Assembly: GCA_044370175.1 (NCBI GenBank) | Contig: JBILVZ010000002.1 | Span: 8,759-72,758, forward strand | Length of the DNA stretch: 64,000 bases | Source: Methylococcaceae bacterium | GTDB lineage: Bacteria; Patescibacteriota; Microgenomatia; UBA1400; PJMF01 | Direction of reading: 5' to 3' | Part shown: positions 39,451-49,025 of the stretch, piece after piece | How positions within the stretch are numbered: the first letter of the stretch is position 1 | How the letters are laid out: each line of letters opens with the position of its first letter | Notes under the pieces: generated by a model | Seen by the model: the letters and a program-made list of their open reading frames with translations, nothing else | Told to the model about the DNA's origin: nothing | Databases searched by the model: none | Translations under genes and position numbers: made by a program

Positions 39451-39690
39451 AACTCGAGTAAAATTATAATTTTCTTCGCTTGTTAAAGAGCATTGCCACA
39501 AAATTTGTAGCAATTCAGGTCTCAATAAAAACTCAAACTCCTCAGATTCTGTAAAAAGAAAATTGGAATCATCAGTCTAAATTAAGAACTTGATATTCTA
39601 TCACAATCCTATAACAATTTGCAGGAGTAGCTTTGCTTCATTGACTCAAGTGACTACCAAGGAAATTATGCGATACCACTATCAGATCTC

Positions 39691-39780
39691 TTACCGATAC
39701 TCTTCTTGATCAAAGTGATATCTGTACTTCTCAACATCAATAGTGAAATCACTTCAGACTTCAATTCCTTTGCTTATATT
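39691..39780 (-). pseudogene. 3'-end fragment of an MGMT/ATL-like gene, copy B (in-frame stop)
   Basis: SKGIEV*SDFTIDVEKYRYHFDQEEYR*; 52/66 nt identical to copy A including an exact 18-mer. Confidence 0.6.
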
Positions 39781-39789
39781 GCATTCATT

Positions 39790-40383
39790 TCAGCCCAAGT
39801 GTGCCGTGTAATGCAAATCATGTGAGGCAAAGCCAGGACCTACTTTTGTGATTCTTGTTACTGAGCACTCATCAATACGATAATCTTCACCTTCCGAAAA
39901 AGTATGTCTGAGAGGCAAAACAATCTGTTCGTCAAAAATACTTCTCAGAAAATCTGCTATTGTTCCACCATGCGTTATTAGAACAATATGGCTGTGTTGC
40001 TCGGTTTCAGATTCAAGCTCATCAAGCAATGCAATAACCTGGCTAGCCGTTTCTGCTGATGATCTTCCACTCACAGGTACATACGATCTATCATGAGTAG
40101 CTTTTGACCACTCAGCAAAAAACTCAGCTCTATCTCCCACAAATTCTTGAAAGTCCATCCGTTCACGGAGGCGTTCATCAGTGGTAATTGGTAGATTAAG
40201 ATGTTGTGCAATATGTCCAGCAGTTTGTTGGGTACGCAGATATGGACTGGCTATAATTTTGGTAATTGGAAACTGAGCAAGGTACTGTGCAGTTTTTTGT
40301 GCTTGAGTGACACCAGTTGTAGTTAGCCCAGGATTATTTTTAGTAGCTTCCTTTTCACCGTGACGAATAAGGTAGATGTGCAT
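39790..40383 (-). CDS. Histidine phosphatase family protein
   Basis: YLIRHGE, SPYLRTQQTA, LRER, ITHGG. Confidence 0.93.
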   Translation of the reverse strand: MHIYLIRHGEKEATKNNPGLTTTGVTQAQKTAQYLAQFPITKIIASPYLRTQQTAGHIAQHLNLPITTDERLRERMDFQEFVGDRAEFFAEWSKATHDRSYVPVSGRSSAETASQVIALLDELESETEQHSHIVLITHGGTIADFLRSIFDEQIVLPLRHTFSEGEDYRIDECSVTRITKVGPGFASHDLHYTAHLG

Positions 40384-40414
40384 ACTGTAATTGTATCAAG
40401 CTTTTGAATGCTTA

Positions 40415-40870
40415 CTATTTTGTAGCTTCCCATCCATACTCTGAAAAGTGATTGTCTTTTTCAATCTCTTCAAGTGCTTGGCGAATATAGGGAATAGTAT
40501 TATCAGGTAAGTTATTCATGGTAAACCATTCAACTACACCATGTTTGTGAGGTTCTTTGACTTCGGGAGTCCCATTCCAATTCTCTGTTGTAAAAAATAC
40601 ATTGAGCCATTCATTGCCATCTACCATACAGTGCATAAGGTGGGCTTGCTGCAGATCCGCTTCAAGAATAGAAACGCCTACTTCTTCAGATGCTTCTCGT
40701 ACTGCTGCGGTTATCAGCTTTTCAGTACCTTCAATAGCTCCTGCCGGGAGGCTGTACATGCCATCAAGATATCCAGTATTACTTCTGAGTATAAGCAAAA
40801 CCTCGTTATTTCGCTTCAATACACAAAAAACTGACACTGATAATTTGAATCTTTGTCGTGAGATGGTCAT
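40415..40870 (-). CDS. NUDIX hydrolase
   Basis: GAIEGTEKLITAAVREASEEVGV; EPHKH. Confidence 0.92.
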   Translation of the reverse strand: MTISRQRFKLSVSVFCVLKRNNEVLLILRSNTGYLDGMYSLPAGAIEGTEKLITAAVREASEEVGVSILEADLQQAHLMHCMVDGNEWLNVFFTTENWNGTPEVKEPHKHGVVEWFTMNNLPDNTIPYIRQALEEIEKDNHFSEYGWEATK

Positions 40871-40893
40871 GTGGTGCTAGTATAATCGATTTT

Positions 40894-41523
40894 ATGAAAA
40901 AGTTATTTCTCTCTTCGTATGCCGCTATCACTCTAGAACTAGTAAAGCCGTTACTACCCAAACCAGCTGATCAACTTAAGGCAGCATTTATTCCAACAGC
41001 AGGTGATCAGTATGAAGATGCTGGTCGTTTTCAACACCCAGATAAAGAGGCACTCGAGAAGTTAGGTATGGAGGTTACTGAAATTGATTTGAAAACAACG
41101 CAAGGAAAAGAATTAGCAAGAGTTATGCAACAGATGGATGTTGTATTAGTTGCAGGTGGTAATACCTTTTACTTGCTGGAGTGGGTGCGAAAATCAGGAT
41201 TTGATGTGATTATTAAAAAACGCATCTCTGAAGGTCTCGTATATATTGGTTCTAGTGCTGGTTCGATTCTATGCTGTCCTACAATTGAAGGAGCCAAACG
41301 CTTTGATCCGCCAGAAGCAGCACCTGAGCTTACAGACTATACAGGTCTTAATCTGGTTAATTTTGCCATCATTCCACATACTCATAAGGAAAAATACAAA
41401 CAAAGAATTGAAGAAACTACCGCTGAACTGCAAGAAAGTGGCCTAGAGGTTGTATACCTCACTGATGATCAGGCTGTGGTTGTAGAGGGAGATGAGTGGG
41501 AAGTCGTGGATATCAAAATCTAA
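40894..41523 (+). CDS. Peptidase E (S51) / class I GATase-like
   Basis: FIPTA, GGNTFYL, YIGSSAGS, IIPH. Confidence 0.92.
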   Translation: MKKLFLSSYAAITLELVKPLLPKPADQLKAAFIPTAGDQYEDAGRFQHPDKEALEKLGMEVTEIDLKTTQGKELARVMQQMDVVLVAGGNTFYLLEWVRKSGFDVIIKKRISEGLVYIGSSAGSILCCPTIEGAKRFDPPEAAPELTDYTGLNLVNFAIIPHTHKEKYKQRIEETTAELQESGLEVVYLTDDQAVVVEGDEWEVVDIKI

Positions 41524-41650
41524 TAACAGATTGTCCAGCCCCCGATATACTACATGTATAAATAAGATATAGGAAAGGATTGATTCAGTCGTCTATACTG
41601 ATGGCTTTGATGCTCTTATCCACCGTGATTTGGTTCGGATAAGCAATACT

Positions 41651-42802
41651 GAGACCGTTCCAAAACGGTCACTTTTTTGAGGTAAGACTGATTGAATGAT
41701 AGTACTAAATTGCATATTTGACTAGGTGAAAGATATAGTAGTGGTATGAAAAAAATCCTCAGTGTCCGATTTGTGAAAGCAGTAGCTGGAAAAAAGGACG
41801 TCGTCGAGGAAAAATAAAATATCAATGCAGAACGTGTAGAAAATGGTTCCAGATCAACAGGTCTCGTGAGAGCGTACCTGCAAAAGCATTGCTGGTTCAG
41901 CACTTAAGTGGGATGTCATTTCGAACGTTGTCAGATATGCATGGCTGTGGCGTAGCCACAGCCTACAGAAGAGTTCAAAAGGGGTTGCAAGAATTACCAA
42001 CCTGCATTGATGTCACCAGATGGTACTGTCAAAAATTCCAGGGTATCCTGCTGGTGGATGGCAAGTATGTACGTGTCAAACGATATGATCGCAAAATACC
42101 TGTGTTGTATGGCGTTGACTACAGTACACATGACATACCGCACTACAGACTCTCGAGAGCTGAGAATTATTTAACCTGCAAGAAATTCTTTGAGTCCTTG
42201 AAGTTAACAAACTATGTTGTGCATGCAGTCGTGTGTGATGACAATCTCAATATTTATCAGGCAGCACAACACACATTTCCTGAGGTCGTTATCCAGCTCT
42301 GTCACCTGCATTTCTTGCGGAATATGAGAGCACTGCTTGATCTTGAAAACAGCTCAACACACCAGCTATTTTTTCAGCTACTGACCAAACTATTAATTGA
42401 AAAAAGATCAAAACAAGACTTTGAACAGCGAGCTTCCCGATTGGTTTCTCACTTTGCAACTGATCAGGTCTGTACCGGAATATTGCTTGAACTCGCCAAG
42501 AAACAATCACTCCTACAAGGCTATTTGCACTACAAAGGTATTCCGACAACCACAAACCTCATCGAGTCATTTAACTCACATCTTGAAGCAAGAATACGTC
42601 CTCTTAAAGGTTTTGAATCTTTCAAACATGCAGAACTTTGGCTCAATGCATACTTCCTACGGAGGAGAACGAGGAAATTCACTGATTGTTCAGGAAAATT
42701 TAAAAAATTAAACGGAAAAACTTCTCTCGAAATTGTCAAAAAACCACGGATTGATCTACCAACCTTTTTTTGAAACCAAGGTGACCCTTTTGGAACGGTC
42801 TC
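41651..42802 (+). mobile_element. IS256/Mutator-family insertion sequence, 1152 bp
   Basis: 22-bp terminal IRs GAGACCGTTCCAAAA(C/G)GGTCAC, 21/22 match; encloses transposase; no target duplication visible. Confidence 0.9.
41746..42773 (+). CDS. DDE transposase (IS256 family) with N-terminal zinc ribbon; frameshift after start codon
   Basis: CPIC..CRTC zinc ribbon upstream of the listed ORF, VDGKY, VVCDD, QLCHLH (CxxH), TTNLIESFN; ATG 41746 is out of frame unless A7 is read as A8. Confidence 0.85.
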
Positions 42803-42880
42803 GGCGCTCTTCATCTTATTTGTACTATAATATAGACATTTGAAATTTGCTACACACAATTAATAAGCACAAGCCCCAAG

Positions 42881-44539
42881 TTATTCTTCACTACGTGTCA
42901 AACTAGCCGACACCCAATAACTCCAAGTTCCGGCAATAATAAAGAAAAGACCGCCAAATAGCAGGGCAAGAGTTGTGCCGATGGCACCAGAGGCAGGTAA
43001 ACCACTTGCCGTAGAAACTTTAGAACTGCGTGTAGACGTAGCTGCTCCTGAGGCAGTTTTAGTTCCACTCTTGGTACTTGTTGCTGAGCTACTGGCTTGA
43101 GCAGAAGAAGTTGCGCCACCAATTGGGTATGGATTAGTTGATCCAAACGGTGTGGCTGAAGCCTTTGGTGTGGCTGAAGCCTTTGGTGTGGCAGTAGGTG
43201 TAGCTGTAGCACGGGCGGTGCCTGTTGTCGTAGTTGTGGTGTTTGCTTGGGCCAATAAATTCTCCGTGCGAGGTTGTACGATAAAGGTCTCAGTTCTTGT
43301 TTTTGGCTGTCCTGTGGCTGGATCGTCGTAGGTGTAGGTAATAGTATGTTCTCCAGGCTCAAGACTGGCCTTGAGGTCTTCTAAATCTATTTCAAATTGA
43401 CCAGTGCTATCGGTTGTAACTTCATGACTAATTTGATTTTCTGAATGAACTTCAATTTTTACTTTGACGTTAGGAGCAGCTTTACCAGTAATAGTAGGCT
43501 GTTGTGTAGTAACAACAGGTGGTTCATCAGTCTTAAAATCTTTTTCCAAATTTAGCATCACAACTTCAGGTTGCGCACTGTCACTTGCCGAACCACTTGC
43601 TGAGGCATCTAGTGCCGAGCGTAGTCCACCCAAAGCAGTACTTTTGGTAGCACTGTCACTAGCAGTAGTACTTGCACTCATCATGGCATCTTGACTAGTT
43701 GTGCTAATTTCTTGTGTTTGAGTGGTGATTTGTGCACTTTGACTAGCTACTATGGGCGTGGGTGGTATTGCAATACCCTTACCAAAGGTGATGTTCGGTA
43801 CTCCTGGCTTGGCTTCTGCAACAGAGATTGTGGCTTGTGCTGTTTGTGTGATCTCAACTCCTTGGATAACTAAGGCAAGTTGGGTATCTTCTGTGATAGT
43901 AGCAAATGAACTACCATCAGGAGTACGTGCATTGGAAAGCGCGACCGCCCAACTACCTGCGTTGGTGACGAGTGATGACATATCTCCAGCACCTTCGGTT
44001 TTAAGATACACCACCGCACCTTCAGCTGGTGCTCCTGTCTGGGTTGTAACAGTTCCAAAAACGGTCCGTGCGGAAGTGGGAATACCTTTTTTAGCGGTGA
44101 CAATCTTGAATGGAGCTCCATTATTATCAAACAGTGCCCCCTCTGCAGTGCCAATGAAGTAATAGTAGGTAGTCCCGGGTTGGAGGCCTTTGACAGTGAT
44201 GTGATGTAGCTTAAACTTGTCAGAAGTTGCTGAAAGTTGAATCCGATCGTCAGCAACCTGAAGATTTACTGCATCTTCTTCCGTGCCATATTTTACAAAT
44301 GAAGTTGTCTCAATTTCCGTCATGAATGAGACGGTAAACGTACTATCAGTGACGTTTGTAAGGCGAACATTTTTGGGAGTTGTTTCAGCAGTTGCCCGAG
44401 GTGCAAATACCCCCGCACCTTGCCCGATGAATACTACCCCAATAACCAGGGCGACGACTAAAAATCCAAGACCAAGCAGGGTGGGAATGCGTCTTTGCCA
44501 GAGTGGTTTAATTGGTTGTGTTGGTGTAACTGCAGGCAT
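42881..44539 (-). CDS. FN3/Ig-domain surface protein with N- and C-terminal TM anchors and S/T-rich linkers
   Basis: PKNVRLTNVTDSTFTVSF, H.ITVKGLQPGTTYYY, PTITGKAAPN, LPASG then TM. Confidence 0.85.
   Translation of the reverse strand: MPAVTPTQPIKPLWQRRIPTLLGLGFLVVALVIGVVFIGQGAGVFAPRATAETTPKNVRLTNVTDSTFTVSFMTEIETTSFVKYGTEEDAVNLQVADDRIQLSATSDKFKLHHITVKGLQPGTTYYYFIGTAEGALFDNNGAPFKIVTAKKGIPTSARTVFGTVTTQTGAPAEGAVVYLKTEGAGDMSSLVTNAGSWAVALSNARTPDGSSFATITEDTQLALVIQGVEITQTAQATISVAEAKPGVPNITFGKGIAIPPTPIVASQSAQITTQTQEISTTSQDAMMSASTTASDSATKSTALGGLRSALDASASGSASDSAQPEVVMLNLEKDFKTDEPPVVTTQQPTITGKAAPNVKVKIEVHSENQISHEVTTDSTGQFEIDLEDLKASLEPGEHTITYTYDDPATGQPKTRTETFIVQPRTENLLAQANTTTTTTGTARATATPTATPKASATPKASATPFGSTNPYPIGGATSSAQASSSATSTKSGTKTASGAATSTRSSKVSTASGLPASGAIGTTLALLFGGLFFIIAGTWSYWVSASLTRSEE
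43149..43192. repeat. 18-bp tandem repeat encoding (TPKASA)n
   Basis: ggtgtggctgaagccttt x2 plus a partial third unit. Confidence 0.8.
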
Positions 44540-44687
44540 GTAATAACTTCATTCACTACGAACAACACTTCCAGATAAGTGTCTCACTCTACTTTAGATA
44601 AAAAAAAGATTTGATGCAATGCGAAAAATAAGCGAAACAAATACGCGTAAATGACTCATAGTGAGTTTAATCCATATCAATCTATCC

Positions 44688-45101
44688 TTATGGCGTTTGA
44701 GGAGTTGGGGTGGCTGTGGGCCGGACTGTTGCTCGTGGAGTTGGGGTGGGAAGTGGCTGGTCAATGCTAATTATTTTTTCTTCTCTAGTGCGTGGATCAG
44801 TAAAAACGCGAAAAATAGGAAAGTTGCTCAGCTCAGCCTCAGTGAATGATCGCTTCTCTTCTAAACTATTTAGAGTTGCCAAATCAAGATTGGCGGTTAG
44901 TGGTTGTGCATATTTGAGTAATTTACTGTCAATTTTTGTTTTTTGCTGGGCTGCAAAAAGTGATACTACCACCCAACCAATCACACAAATAAATAGTAAG
45001 ACTAAAATAGTTAACATCTGTCGCTTGTGTTTTAAAATTGCAAACTGTTTTTTTACAGCTTTGCGAGTTTCATTGGCTGGTGTAGTGATGGTAGTGCTCA
45101 T
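44688..45101 (-). CDS. Single-TM protein downstream of pilO (PilP position)
   Basis: TM near N-terminus, PT-rich tail, ATGA overlap with pilO. Confidence 0.7.
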   Translation of the reverse strand: MSTTITTPANETRKAVKKQFAILKHKRQMLTILVLLFICVIGWVVVSLFAAQQKTKIDSKLLKYAQPLTANLDLATLNSLEEKRSFTEAELSNFPIFRVFTDPRTREEKIISIDQPLPTPTPRATVRPTATPTPQTP

Positions 45102-45718
45102 AGTTCGGGTTTTCCCATATATGGTTGTGACAAACTAATGGAAGCATTTAGTTTTTTCTCCCCACGGTTCTCTTCCAAATTGAAAGTGACATTTTCTACC
45201 ACAAAACTACGCCGACTATTCTGCAGGGTCTGTACGAACGCTCGTATATTTAAAAATTCACCACTGATAGCCATCCGAACCCCAAGATCAACTTTTGAAA
45301 GTTTAACTGTAGGATCAATGATTGGTGTTTCATCGGGGATGCGCTCAACACCTAGGTTTTTTATAATGACGTTATTCTCACTAGCGAGCTTTTCGATTAT
45401 TTTTAGTGAGCGAATGAGCTGTGGTTGCGGTGGGATAGCTTCGTTGAGATCAGCGAGTCGGGGCTGCGCTTGTGCATATAAATCTTGAGCCCCGCGCAGT
45501 GCTAAAACTTTACTTTCCAATTTTTCAAGTAAATCTATCTTTTCTTTTCTCTCCTGTATGAGGTCAGACATAGTCAGTAAGGTTGGCTGAATAGCAAATA
45601 TAGCAAGGAAAATCACGAGCCCAATAGACAAAAGCAGCTCCAGCGAGACCATTGCCACTGGTTTTTGATAGAAGCTGATAAGCGCGCTAGTGATTTCTTT
45701 TTGTTTAAATGATGACAT
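45098..45718 (-). CDS. pilO: Type IV pilus assembly protein PilO-like
   Basis: TM + coiled coil + AIP..P, G.F.NI..F...LQ..RR...V. Confidence 0.8.
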   Translation of the reverse strand: MSSFKQKEITSALISFYQKPVAMVSLELLLSIGLVIFLAIFAIQPTLLTMSDLIQERKEKIDLLEKLESKVLALRGAQDLYAQAQPRLADLNEAIPPQPQLIRSLKIIEKLASENNVIIKNLGVERIPDETPIIDPTVKLSKVDLGVRMAISGEFLNIRAFVQTLQNSRRSFVVENVTFNLEENRGEKKLNASISLSQPYMGKPEL

Positions 45719-45729
45719 AGGTAGCTCTA

Positions 45730-46350
45730 TTACAAACCTCCAGTACGATCGAGGATATTAACTTTTTCATTTGTATTTGTCTTTGGAGTTTCCTTTTTAT
45801 TGATAACTTTAGTGTCGGCGGTAATATTAAAATAAATACCAGGTTTGTTATTATCTCCAGACTCTACTCGGCTAATATTTATATTAAAAAAGTCACCAGA
45901 TAACTGCAAATTATTGACTAATAAGTTGAAAGAACTTTGAGAAAGGGTGTTGCCGGTAATCGTCACTTTTGCTGGAGAGATAGAAAGCTGCTCTAAATTT
46001 ACATCTTGTGGAGTCACTTTTGAGAGATGTTGGAAAACATCAGTGATATCAACTTCAGTATTGATCTTTTTTAGCTCAGCCAAGCGGTCTTGAATAGAGA
46101 CAAACTCTTGTTCAAAAGAACCATAGTTGCTAATAATGTTTGCTTGAGTATTAATCTTTTGATTAAGATCGGTAATTTCACGATCTAGGGTGAAACGTGC
46201 AGCAAAACTGACAATAACAACAAGTTCAGTAAATATTACTATATATCTGCCTGCAGAGAGTGCCCACTGCAAAATACGACCTATTGCGGAGGAAAAAAAC
46301 GGGTCTTTGGGGACCAGATTGATGTTGATAGCGGCAGGCTTCTTACTCAT
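45730..46350 (-). CDS. pilN: Type IV pilus assembly protein PilN-like
   Basis: ININLVP, TM, L...TP.DV.L..L, V.ITG. Confidence 0.82.
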   Translation of the reverse strand: MSKKPAAININLVPKDPFFSSAIGRILQWALSAGRYIVIFTELVVIVSFAARFTLDREITDLNQKINTQANIISNYGSFEQEFVSIQDRLAELKKINTEVDITDVFQHLSKVTPQDVNLEQLSISPAKVTITGNTLSQSSFNLLVNNLQLSGDFFNINISRVESGDNNKPGIYFNITADTKVINKKETPKTNTNEKVNILDRTGGL

Positions 46351-46412
46351 CTACACTATAATACTACACTGATTTGGTAATGAATGAAAAGGGTGGCTCT
46401 CAGATTGCTGCC

Positions 46413-48107
46413 TTAAACTTGTGTTCCTTCGCCAGAAGCCTCAACCACCATTTCTGGTGATTGTGACATATTTTTGCGAGAGGTATTGAAGGAGAAGAGA
46501 ATCTTTTTGAAGAACTCCAGCTCTTTGATCTCGAAGAGGGTGGCAAAGTAGAAGTACACCACCAAGCCAATTGTACCTGTTGTAACCGTCAGACCAATGA
46601 GTTCAATATTTTTGCGTGTATCGAAGATAAGCTCATCAAAAATTCTGAAGGGTAAGTATAAAAAGACAGCCATCAAAAAACTTGCCAACAACATCTTGAG
46701 TTGTGGCAGCCAGAAGTCGCTTGTATTAAATCCTCCCACCTTGCGATGGAGGAAGTAGATGGAGAGGAATAGTTCGAGAAGTGCTGCAAATGAAGTCATG
46801 CAGGCTAGGCCATATACTTGCCAAGGTGTGAAAAAGACAAAAATGGCACTACCTACTAGGTATAAGAGCACAGTAAAAAGTGTGATGTAAAAGGGGGTTT
46901 TTGTATCATGTAGTGCATAGAAGGCACGGATCAAAAGTTGTACCATAGCTTGAGCTGCTACAGAGAGCGCGATGATCGCCACTGCCCAACCAGTCTCAAT
47001 GGTTTTTTCCCAAGGAAAATTGGGTGTGCCAAAAGTCAGACGAACTATGGGGATACGCAAAATGAGAAGTAAAACAGATGCGGGAAAAGCAAGGAAGGCA
47101 ATTTGGTGTAGTGACTGTACGACTAGTCTGCGAAAATGCTGAGGATCTGCATGTTTTGATTCTTCAGACAAAAATGGCAGAGACGCTTGTCCAATAGGCA
47201 CGCCAAAGAGGCGAATGGGAATGGTCATCAAGGTCAATGCTAAGTTGATTACCACAAAACTGAGGTTGCCAAGGCTGGTAGCAAAAAATCCTAGACTTAA
47301 GCTCTGGACTTGATTAACTCCAATGGTGAGTAGCCGTGGCGGAGCTAGTCGCAGCAATGACTTTACTCCAGGTGCATTTAGATTGAGGGAAAAGTGATAG
47401 CGAAAGCCAAAGCGTAGTGCAGAAGGCAGCTGAATAAACATATGCAGAAATGCCCCAATCACCACACCAATTCCTGCCCCATAAATGCCAAATCTATCGG
47501 CAAATAGATACGTGCCAGCCAGTATACCTACGTTATAAATAATTGGCGCCAGACTGGGAATAATAAAACGCTGATATGACTGCAGCATAGAACTAAAGAT
47601 GCTTGATATTGCAAAAAATAACTGCCCAAAAAGCATGAGCCGAGTTAGATTGGTGACGATCTGGATTTGCTCCTGGGTGAAGCGGTCTCCAGTCCGATGC
47701 TCCGTGATGTAGGGGGCTGCAATAAACACGATGGCTCCTAGCACCAAGAATGCTACTACCAGCAAGTTGAGGATCACGGCACTCATCTTGAAGGCCATTT
47801 CTTCATTTTCTTTGCGCATTTTAGAAAAGAGTGGAATGAACGTAGCCGAGAGTGCTCCTACCGCAATTAACTGAAAGAGCATGTCGGGGACTTGGAAAGC
47901 AATCTTGAATGCCTCATAGGCTTGTTGAGAGGTTTCTGTGTCAAAATACTGCTGGAGCATGAGACGCTCTCGGATCAAACCTGACAGAGAGGAAATAATG
48001 TTGGCAGCAGTAATAATTGCTGCAGCAGACAAAATACTACTTTGCTTCTGTTCCAGCCAGGCAAGATTTCGAGAAAAAATGGAGTGAAGTTCAAAGCGGG
48101 GTAGCAT
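46413..48107 (-). CDS. murJ: Lipid II flippase MurJ
   Basis: SGLIRE, AFQVPD, GALSATFIP, APIIYNV, RAFYALHDTKTP. Confidence 0.95.
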   Translation of the reverse strand: MLPRFELHSIFSRNLAWLEQKQSSILSAAAIITAANIISSLSGLIRERLMLQQYFDTETSQQAYEAFKIAFQVPDMLFQLIAVGALSATFIPLFSKMRKENEEMAFKMSAVILNLLVVAFLVLGAIVFIAAPYITEHRTGDRFTQEQIQIVTNLTRLMLFGQLFFAISSIFSSMLQSYQRFIIPSLAPIIYNVGILAGTYLFADRFGIYGAGIGVVIGAFLHMFIQLPSALRFGFRYHFSLNLNAPGVKSLLRLAPPRLLTIGVNQVQSLSLGFFATSLGNLSFVVINLALTLMTIPIRLFGVPIGQASLPFLSEESKHADPQHFRRLVVQSLHQIAFLAFPASVLLLILRIPIVRLTFGTPNFPWEKTIETGWAVAIIALSVAAQAMVQLLIRAFYALHDTKTPFYITLFTVLLYLVGSAIFVFFTPWQVYGLACMTSFAALLELFLSIYFLHRKVGGFNTSDFWLPQLKMLLASFLMAVFLYLPFRIFDELIFDTRKNIELIGLTVTTGTIGLVVYFYFATLFEIKELEFFKKILFSFNTSRKNMSQSPEMVVEASGEGTQV

Positions 48108-48182
48108 ACCAATTTATTATACCTGGTCTAGCGCGATTCTAGTATTTGAAAATACTACACATTAAGGGTATAATTCCCATTC

Positions 48183-48419
48183 ATGCCAATACTCAAGAAC
48201 GCAAAAAAAGCTTTACGAAGCAGCAAACGCAAAAAGGAAGTAAATAGTAGAGTTAAGTCACAACTTAAAACTGCTATGGATACTGCTAAAAAATCTACGA
48301 CAAAAGAAACGATTACTGAAGCATATAGCAAAATTGATCGCGCTGTTAAATCTGGGGTGATCCACAGAAACGCTGCAGCTCGCCTCAAATCTCAAGTTGG
48401 TAAGAAAAAAACTGCGTAA
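48183..48419 (+). CDS. rpsT: 30S ribosomal protein S20
   Basis: MPILKNAKKALR..N..KS, IDRAVKSGVIHRNAAARLKS. Confidence 0.97.
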   Translation: MPILKNAKKALRSSKRKKEVNSRVKSQLKTAMDTAKKSTTKETITEAYSKIDRAVKSGVIHRNAAARLKSQVGKKKTA

Positions 48420-48755
48420 TCTATCCTATAATATTGATTTCCTTGTGGTTTTAAGGTATAATACCCTTATCTTGTAGTTCCAAAGTGTAAGGTTTTTTCA
48501 GTGCGAAAAAATACTTGCTCCAGGTACAAAAAGATCACTTGCTCTTTAAAAAGTGATTACGATATATAGCTTACAACTCACTCGAGTTGGTTGGCTTTTT
48601 TTGGATTTTCTTTGCCTTGTAGAGAGATTTTGTACAACAACCTGTTGGTGTGGTGCAGACAGCTCAAGCATAGGAATCTAGAAAAAGCCAACCGCTTGAA
48701 AAAGTGGTGGTGAGTACCGCAGATGTTCGTTTTTTGTTTCAATGGAGGAAATTCT

Positions 48756-48911
48756 ATGACAATGCTTGAATTGCTCAAAGCACTTGCGGAGGCTCCTGAG
48801 AGCCTCAAAGAAGGCCTCATTGGCCTGCTTACAGTCACGGGGTTATATTGGTTTGTAACTGACGGCTGGATCCAGATTCTGTTCTGGATTACAGCAAAAA
48901 TCTTTTCGTAA
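48756..48911 (+). CDS. Small hydrophobic protein (51 aa)
   Basis: SD GGAGG 7 nt before ATG; hydrophobic C-terminal half; own terminator. Confidence 0.6.
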   Translation: MTMLELLKALAEAPESLKEGLIGLLTVTGLYWFVTDGWIQILFWITAKIFS

Positions 48912-48937
48912 ATCACAATTTTTTCAAGTAAGTGAAG

Positions 48938-48969
48938 AAGAGGCATCGCCGCAAAGCATGCCTCTTTTT
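48938..48969 (+). terminator. Intrinsic terminator
   Basis: AAGAGGCAT-cgccgcaaagc-ATGCCTCTT-TTT. Confidence 0.75.
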
Positions 48970-49025
48970 CGTACCCCGAGAGTCTTCCTTTGAGAAAATA
49001 CCTATTTCCAGGTATAATTCACCCC

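Larger units (their letters stand above)
32441..39690. mobile_element. Decayed genomic island between two ATL/MGMT 3'-end copies
   Basis: Direct repeats at 32341-32406 and 39705-39770; mosaic GC; XRE, resolvase-fold, PLD and HEPN-motif cargo. Confidence 0.7.

Noticed and set aside
39750-39765. In-frame TGA aligned to Gly (GGA) suggesting genetic code 25
   Set aside because: Many intact genes end in TGA and long ORFs are uninterrupted under code 11; a point mutation in a pseudogene explains it
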